A stretch of 64,000 nt of DNA, taken from the NCBI GenBank assembly GCA_013416795.1, contig RQSC01000027.1:395911-459910 (forward strand), given 5' to 3'. Of this stretch, positions 53,065-61,000 are shown piece by piece; the stretch's first letter is position 1; each line of letters begins with the position of its first letter. The DNA comes from Prasinococcaceae sp. CCMP 1430 (taxonomy: Eukaryota; Plantae; Prasinodermophyta). The translations under genes were made by a program, and so were the position numbers. The notes beneath the pieces were generated by a model that did not search any database, had not been told where the DNA came from, and saw only the letters and a list, made by a program, of their open reading frames with translations.

Positions 53065-54300
53065 ATGCCCACCACCTCCGAGACGTTCTCGGCGGGCACG
53101 CCCGAGCAGCTCCTGAGCTCGCGCAGGCTGCCCGCTCGCCCCAGCGGCATCGAGCTGCGCAAGGGCATGCCGAGCATCAACGTCAACGCCAGCACGGGCA
53201 ACGCCGTCGCCAGCCCCAAGCGCCACGTGCCGGGGGGGCGCGCGGGGGACGCGGCGGCGGCGGCGCCGAGGGCGAGCATGAACGGCAAAGCGGTCGTCGC
53301 GGCGACGGTGGAGGCCGGCGGCGCGGGCCCGCTGGCCGAGCTGGCCAAGTTCGTGCGCGAGCACGAGGAGAACCTGCGAGGGCGCATGCCATCGCGCTCG
53401 TACCTGAGCGACTACGGCCGCAAGGACCTGATGAGAATCGTGCGCCGGCACGGCGGCCCGCAGGCCGTTGCGGACGTGCTGGGGCTCGTGTGGGAGGGAG
53501 AGATCGACGAGCAGCCGGAGCACGCGCTCGGGTGCGACGGCGGGCAGGATGTGGAGCAGAGCTCGCCTGAGAGGGACGCTCTCTGCGCTGCCGTGTGGTC
53601 CACGTGGGACGAGGCGCACGTCAAAGCGTGGCGCGACGCGGGCTCGCCGGAGTGGGCAGGGCCGGGGATGGCATCCAAGGAGCGCGCGCCCGTAGCGCCC
53701 GTGGATGTGCCCGACTGGGTGCGTGGCGCCCCCGGCCAGCCCGCCGGCGCCCCCGGGGCCGCCGGCGACGCGCCCGAGGGCGCGCACGCGCAGGCGCACA
53801 AGATGCCGCTGCCAGAGGGGCTGCGCAAGCGCCTGCAGTCGTTCATGGATCGGAACGTGCTGTTCCTGGTCGAACACCACAGAACTGCCCGCGAGGATGA
53901 CAGGTACTGGGTGCTGTGGCGCCTGCCTCAGACGGGAGGCAACCTGGACGACGTGCTCAAAGAGGCGGACGCTTGCTCGCGCCAACACCCGCACCACTAC
54001 GTGCGCGTGACGGCCTTCGACAACGAGGCGCAGCTGGCGCAGTTCTCGGCGGTGCTCTACGCGCCCTCGGACAGCGACAAGAGCTCGACCTCTTCGGCAC
54101 GGGGCCGCCGCCGCGAAGCTTCGCAGCCGAGCATGGCCAAGATGAACCGAGATGCGGAGGAGGCGTACTCCCACAGACTAAAAAGCCACGCCACGAACGC
54201 CGAGCCTGGCGGTGTGCAGCGATGGCGCCTCAAGCAGCTGGAGGCCACCGTGCGTAGGGCAGCCCACGAAGGTGCCAATGACGCGGACCCGCGCTTCTGA
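53065..54300 (+). CDS. Uncharacterised protein with PTST-like helical motif and a Rubisco small subunit-like domain (53809-54066)
   Basis: MPSRSYLSDYGRKDLMRIVRRHGGPQAVADVLGL; VEH..RYWVLWRLP..DDVLKEADACSRQHPHHYVRVTAFDNEAQ..SAVLYAP. Confidence 0.75.
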   Translation: MPTTSETFSAGTPEQLLSSRRLPARPSGIELRKGMPSINVNASTGNAVASPKRHVPGGRAGDAAAAAPRASMNGKAVVAATVEAGGAGPLAELAKFVREHEENLRGRMPSRSYLSDYGRKDLMRIVRRHGGPQAVADVLGLVWEGEIDEQPEHALGCDGGQDVEQSSPERDALCAAVWSTWDEAHVKAWRDAGSPEWAGPGMASKERAPVAPVDVPDWVRGAPGQPAGAPGAAGDAPEGAHAQAHKMPLPEGLRKRLQSFMDRNVLFLVEHHRTAREDDRYWVLWRLPQTGGNLDDVLKEADACSRQHPHHYVRVTAFDNEAQLAQFSAVLYAPSDSDKSSTSSARGRRREASQPSMAKMNRDAEEAYSHRLKSHATNAEPGGVQRWRLKQLEATVRRAAHEGANDADPRF

Positions 54301-54614
54301 TGCCAGCCCCGGCCATCGCCAGGGCTGCGAAACGACACACCGTAGGCGCCACACGCGGTTTGCATTTCCTCGCATGCACGCTCAGCACGCGGAGCCAGAC
54401 GGGGAGGGCGGTGCAGTGGTGGTAGCCCTCCCGCGGCACTCCGTGGGACGCCTACAATGCCCCGTCACCGCACAAACACCGACAATAAATGGTGACACTT
54501 TTGATATCTTTTCTGTTCACATCTCGCGCGACGATCTCCCGAGACCGCGCAGCTCGTCGCCATTGTGAGGGTGCCGGTCACGCGGCGAAGCTTCCGCACG
54601 GCACTTCTCGCGCC

Positions 54615-55506
54615 TCAGATGTCATCTGCCAGCGGCAGCGAGACCTTCTCCCCCGGTGCGAACTTGGGCATTCCCCAGTATGGGCAAGTCTCACAGCGGA
54701 AGGCGTCGCCGAGCCCACAGTTGCCGCAAGCCGACTGAGGATTGTTCACCATCTCGTCAGTGAGCTCGACCTTGACGCCCTTCGCCTGCGCCTCCTCGCG
54801 CTCCTGCGTGCACGGGCACGCGCGTTAGCGGCACGGTCTCGTTCTACTGCGCATGACTCCCTCCACAGGCGTCTCGCGGGCGCGCACGCGATTGGCCGTG
54901 CGCGCGCGAGCGCAGACGCGAAGCACACGGCGCCCGTTCCTACCTTGCGGCCGCAACTGCAGTTTGCGCACGCAGTGCGTTTCGTAGCGCAACCCGACGC
55001 TGCCGCGTCTGCCACGGCCTCGTTACGAACGGCGTCATCCTCCCCCGCAACGACGCCGAGGAGGTCGGCATCGTTCAGCAGAACGGGCGTGCCGGGCGCG
55101 CCATTGAATGCGCTGGCGGCCGCGGCGAATGCCGCTGCGCCGCCAGCGGGCGCAGCAACGGGCTCGGCCGCCTCGACCACCTTGCGCGTCTTCAGCGAGA
55201 AGGCCGCCCCCGTGCTCCAGGAGGGCTTCTCTGCCACCACCACATTCACGGCCGCGCCGCCCTCGAGCGGATACGCCGCGCCGGCGCCACCGACGTGCGT
55301 GGCCTGCGAGAAGCCGCCGACGAGCGCGGCCTTCGTGAGCGCATCCACTGGCGTGCCCGCGGCAAGCAAGAGCTTCCCGCCGGGCTGCAGCGCGCGGGAG
55401 AACTCTGCGAGTTCAGCCGCCGCGAACGCACCGCGGGTGGCGACCGCCACGACGGCCGCCGCGCCGCCGTCGGCTACGCCCGCCGCCGCGGCCGTCGTCG
55501 CCAGCC
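54615..55506 (-). CDS. DRE2: Anamorsin/Dre2 Fe-S assembly protein; intron 54804-54943; 5' in gap
   Basis: [60 protein letters not shown]. Confidence 0.92.
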
Positions 55507-55719
55507 NNNNNNNNNNNNNNNNNNNNNNNNNNNNNNNNNNNNNNNNNNNNNNNNNNNNNNNNNNNNNNNNNNNNNNNNNNNNNNNNNNNNNNNNNNNNNN
55601 NNNNNNNNNNNNNNNNNNNNNNNNNNNNNNNNNNNNNNNNNNNNNNNNNNNNNNNNNNNNNNNNNNNNNNNNNNNNNNNNNNNNNNNNNNNNNNNNNNNN
55701 NNNNNNNNNNNNNNNNNNN

Positions 55720-56396
55720 CGGCGCGCCTCGCGGCCAGCCGGCCGTGGGCGGCGGCCTACGCAGCATGCGTGCCGCTCGGGGCGGCGGGAAACGCGCTGG
55801 CGGCGGCGGGTGCAGCGAGCTGGCTGGTGCGAGGGGACGTGGCGGCAAAGTATGCCGCGGCGCCGCTCCTCGTGCTCGCGCTCAATGCGAGCGACCCCGT
55901 GTGCCTGCTCGTCGCTGCCGTACTGCGCAAGAGTGCGGCAGAGGACGACGGCGGGGGCGACAGCGCAGGCAACCATGCTGGCGGCAGCCCCGGAGCTGCC
56001 GCACTGGCGGCCTTTCTGTGCGTGAGCCTTTGTCGGCGCCTCTTCGAAGAATGGGCCCTGTACCTGACGGCACGAGATGCGGCGCCGACGGCGCGCGCGT
56101 GGGCCGCCAGCCGCGTCGGCGAAGCGCGATGGTTGCCCAGCCTTGTGCGTGCCGTGGTGCGCGCCTCCTCACATGCCAGCGGCGAGCCATCGGCCTCCCA
56201 GATGGCATGGCTTCTCGCCCTTGGCGCTGTGTGGCCCTCGGCCCCCGTCGATACGCTCATTGCCCTCGTCGGCGTGCCCACTCGCCGCTTCATGGCCGTG
56301 CGCGCGCTGACCACCCTTGTGCGTCTCATCGTGCTCTGGTTAGCCGCGGGGGCAGCCGTCTCGCTTGGCCTGGACGACGACGCGGCGTCGGAGTAA
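55720..56396 (+). CDS. Multi-pass membrane protein, 3' part (possibly DedA/VTT-like)
   Basis: Open frame after gap with several hydrophobic segments; family assignment weak. Confidence 0.4.
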
Positions 56397-56437
56397 AATT
56401 TGTACAATTACAGGCTTGCTCGAGCGAGCTCTAGTAG

Positions 56438-57615
56438 CTAGATGTGAAGGAGCTGATTGAAGACTAGGTCGGCCCAGACGTCCGGCACGCCCGGCTGGCA
56501 ATAGTGCGTGCAATCAGGCTTGTTCTGGTCCCACATCGTGGCGTTGGCCATCAGCGTGGTGCTCTCCCACACGCGCAGCACTGCGAGCCCAGCGGCCTCG
56601 ACGGCGCCGCGCACGAGGTCGTTGCGAGCATCGATGTACTGGGCGGGCGGGCGGGCGCCGCACACGCGGTCAGTCGCCGGGATGCCCGGCGGAAAGAGCC
56701 CACCCGCGCCGTTCTTGAAGTGCTGCGCCGACGTCTCGCGCCAGATGATGACAGGCAGCGTCTCTGTGTGCGTGTCGATATACTCGAGCATTTCGCGCAT
56801 GTCCTCGATGTACCCCTCCGCTTGGTCCTGGCCGAAGGTCGGATTGTACCACAGGCCGGCATTGACGATGATGGCATCGGTGGGCATGAGATTGAACAAC
56901 TCGGCGGGCGTCTTCACCTGGGAGAGCGGGCTGCGGAGCGCCGCGTCCGCATGCGCGATGTGCGCATTGTGTTAGTCGGCGCGCCCCGGAGGCGCGGGAA
57001 TGCGCGCGATTGCACAGAGGACGCAGCTCGGGGCGCGATGTGCGCGCGCTCTGCGCCCGTACTTCAACTCCCTGTGGAAGCGAAAGGTCACGTTGTGTGG
57101 GAACACGAGCGTCGCGCCGTTGAGGGACGCGTGCTCGCCTTCCGTCTTTGCGCACGCGGCGGGCCCACACACCGGACCATCCGGGTGCCACGCTCTGGCT
57201 TCCCACTCGATGTCCTCACGCGTCGGCGCCACCGCCGCGCGCAGCAGGCACGCGAACGCAGAGAAGTGCTGCCCAGTCATTGAGTCGCCCGCGAAGACGA
57301 TTGTGCGGCCGGAGTTGCGGCGCAAGAAGCGCGCCGCGTCCTCCGGTAAACCCACGTCGCGGAGCGTGCAATCGCGCGGCACGTAGCGCGTGCGGGAGAG
57401 GCGCGCAGCGCGCTCCTCGTTGCCAAGGTACCCACACGAGAATTGCGACGTCAGCAGCGGGCACGTCTCCATGCCCGGGCCGTACGGCCTCGCCGCCGCC
57501 GTGCCCTCAGCCCACTCGCCCACCAGTGGCGCAAAGAAGTGCTCGTGCCGCGAGAAGCACTCGGGCGCGGCGGCGGCGGCCGCCGCCGCCGCCACCGCGG
57601 CGGCGGCGGCGGCCA
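56438..57615 (-). CDS. TBL/PC-esterase polysaccharide O-acetyltransferase-like protein; spliced; 5' lost at gap
   Basis: CP....FSC, P.DC.L, IVFAGDS (GDS), NAGLWY, WRETSAQHF, DCTHYCQPGVPDVW (DxxH). Confidence 0.88.
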
Positions 57616-57616
57616 N

Positions 57617-57842
57617 TCTTCTTCGACACGAGCGGCACCTCTGCCCAGTCCGTGGGCAGGATGCAGCTCGAGCAGTACTCGGCGTTCTCGGGGAGCTTCA
57701 TCATCGAGTTCTCGCGCGGCGGCGCCGCCACTGACGAGGCCGAGGACGCGCGCGCTGGCTGCACGCGGAGTGCGGCAGCGGCGGCGGCAGCTGTTGCCTG
57801 CGCGGCCCTCCTGCGCGCCGATGAGCAGATCGCCTGCAACAT
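57617..57842 (-). CDS. 5' fragment of an organelle-targeted protein, possibly NADH-cytochrome b5 reductase-like
   Basis: Arg/Ala/Ser-rich presequence then ILPTDWAEVPLVSKK, cut by the N at 57616. Confidence 0.4.
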
Positions 57843-58013
57843 GCAACGCTGGGCGGGCAGGCTGTGGCGAGCAGGCGCGCTCGCGCGGCGTCGCGCGCCC
57901 ACGCCCGCGCCCGCGCCCGGGCACCCCCCTCCGAAGCCCGGAAGCGCGCATGCGCGCGTGGAGAGTGCGCCACGCGGCGCGCAAAAGATTTCGCTGCCGC
58001 CAATTCCCATGAA

Positions 58014-61000
58014 ATGGGGGAAGCCCGCGCGGAGCGCAACGCGCCGACGGGTGCTGCGCCCGCACAGCAGGCGGCCGCGGCCGGGGCGGTGGTGGATGTG
58101 CGCGCAGGAATAAAGGCGGCGATCGCCGGGGCAGGCGTGAGGGTATCCTCGACTGGTGGCGTGGCATCGCGCAGGTTTGCGAGCGCCGGTGGCGGCGGCC
58201 GGAAGGCGGCACGCGCCGTGCTTGCCGCAAAGCAGCAGGCGCAGCAGAGGCGAGTGCATGCACGTGCCCACGTGACGCTGCCACCGCTCTGCGACGGCGA
58301 GGGCCAAGAGGAGGATGAGCACGGCGCGGGAGGTCCGCCCTCGCCCGCGCAGGGCCCGGGACCTTTCGTATACAAGGCCTGCTACGTGTGTGCGTGCGTG
58401 CGCTCAGGCAGCGCCGTCGACGGCGGCACGGGGGCGCGCTCTGCAGATCTCGCGGTCGAGGCAGCGGCGGCGGCTGGCGGGGCCGGAGATGGCGTTGCGG
58501 AATCCCCCTGGCGCGCCGATGGGCCCTACCACCTGAGTGGGCTATGGCACGCTGCCACCGGCGCACGGGCGCGCTTCGCCTTCGATGCGGTGTGCGATCG
58601 CGCCGGCGCCTCGCAGGAAGCGATGTTTCGTCGCACGGTGCGCCCTCTGATGGCGCCACTCGCGGGGACAAACGCCAGCCTCCTCGTGCTTGCGCTTGGA
58701 GCAAGGCGCACCGGCAAGACAGCGATGATGTTCGGCCGTCATCAGAGCGGCGGTGGTGTGGTGCACGTCGCGCTGCGGCACCTGCTGGCTGCCCTGCGTG
58801 CCCCCCCCCCATCGCCGGTCCCGGCCGCACGAGAGCGTGGAGGCTCGCCGAGCTCGACCCGGCACTCGCCGATGGCCACCAGTACGATTGGCGGTGCGCC
58901 CGTGCTCTGGCTGACGGTTGTTGAGGCGTCGCATGCGCGCTCGGTCACGTTGCTGCGCTTGGCAGCGTGGGCAGACGTTTCCGAGCGTGGCGAGTCAGCG
59001 CTGCTCGACCAACTCAACGACGCGCTTGCACAGCGCTGTGAGGACGCTTCGCCAAAGAGGCATCTCGTCGTTACCCTCACAGCTGAAGCGAACGGTGCGA
59101 AGTACGTGTACCAGTTTGCCGACGTCGCGTGGAACGCCGACGAGGGCGCCGGACACGCCACTTCGAGTGCGGCATCGCTGGCGCCGCTTCGTGCCGCGCT
59201 CAAGGCGCTCGCGACGAAAGGCGCAACGGGCGCTGCACCGAAGGTCAGCGCAGCCGCCGGGCAGCTCCGGGTCGCCCGCCTGCTCGGGCCCACACTGCAC
59301 GCCGCAGCCACTGCCAATGGGACCGTGTGTTGCCTGCTGACGGTCCCGGAGCGTGGAGGCGCGCATGCTGCCAACAAGGCGGCCGTCGAGGGCGCGAGCG
59401 CTCTGTGCAGCATCGACAGCGCTACCGAACGTCGGCTGCTTGATGCCGCACTGGCGTCCATGGCGGAGGAGCTGCGGCGTGCCGAGGAGAAGACCCCCAA
59501 AACTGAGGAGATGGAATCGGCGCTCGCTGGCGAGCTGCGCTCGCAATCCCACGACGGGGGCGAGATGGCCAAGGCGCTCTCTGAGGCGCAGCGCAAGCTC
59601 AAGGAGGCACAAGACGAAGCCCTGTCGCGACGTGCGCAAGCGCTCAAGAGCATGACCGAGATCGGGACTGCCCATGCAGAGGCTGCGTCAGCCGAGGAGC
59701 GCGCCCAGGTCGCAGAAGAGAGGGCTGCGCTCGCCGAGGAGCGAGTGAACGCCGCGGAGAAGGCGCTCAGTGCTAGCAAGGCGGAGGCAGCAGCCGCCGT
59801 GTCTGCCGCCACCGCTGATGTGAATATCGCTCGCGCGGAGGCGCACAGGCTCGTCAGTGAAGCTTACTCGTCCGCCGAGTTGGCTAAGGCCCAATTGCAA
59901 GGGCAGATCACGCGCACGACCGAGCTGGAGGCGCGCATTGCTGCAGTATCGACGGAGCTCGCGCAGACGCACGAGCGAAGCCGTGAGGCCATTTCTGAAT
60001 CGGCAGATCTCCATGCGTCAGCGGACATGGCAATGACGATTCTGGACAATCTGGTGAGGGACATCAACGGGGAGGATGAGGATGGCGCCGACCATGACTT
60101 GGACATCAATTTCGGGGCGGTCAGCGACCCCGCACACGCAGGAGCTGCGTCGGCGGCGCTCAGAGCCGTGGACGCCGTTCGGCACAAGCTGCAGGAGCTT
60201 CAGGAGGCTGGAGCAGTCGAAGAGGCGCCGTCTTCTCTGAATCAGCGAGTGCAAGTGCTCACCGACGAGCGCGACTCGCTCGCGGCTGAGCGCGACGCTC
60301 TGAGCACCGAGTGCGGCGCGCTGAAGCGCGAAGCTGAGACGATGCAAAATGAAATCTCCGCGAAGGTCGACGCTGCGCGCCTGGAAATGCAAGCACACAT
60401 TGAGGCGGAGAGAGTGCGGAATGATCGGCTAGTCGAGGAACTCGACGTGTACGCTCGGCAGGTCGAAGGCATGAAAGAAGTAGACCATCTTCGCGCCGAG
60501 CGCATAGCTGAGCTCGAAAATGCAGTGGCGGAAGGTCGGGCATCTTCCGAGGCCGCCAACGCGCAGGTGCGAGATTTGTCATTCGAGCTGGAGACGCTGC
60601 AGGGGCGCGCATCTGAAGCAGAGAATCGTGCACGCGTGGCAGAGGAACGCTCAACGAGCGCCAAGGACAGCTCGAGCAAGCAGATCGAATTGCTTACTAG
60701 CGAGGCTGAGGCGTTGCGTGAGGAGCGCGATGCGTTGGCATCAGAGAAAGACGCGCTTATGGCGGAGGTGGAAGCGGCGTGCGAAGCCGCAGAGGCAGCG
60801 AGGGCGCGCACAACGCCACAGTCAGACGCCAAAGAAGAGGGGAGCACCGCTGGCTTGGCCCTTGCCGAGGCAGAAGCTACTCGATTGCAGCTTTCCTGCG
60901 TTGAAACCCAGCGCGACGCGCTCAGTCGTCAGCTCGAGCTCGCACGTGAAGAGCGGGACAGTGCAGTGCGCGATCTGGACGAATGCAAGAGGGCGCTGGC

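Noticed and set aside
52456-54174. 572-aa minus-strand ORF as one gene
   Set aside because: Mostly antisense to the RbcS-like gene and crosses an N; only the WD40 part looks coding.
56438-57842. Presequence-bearing fragment fused to the TBL gene
   Set aside because: Joined across the N at 57616; assembly artefact.
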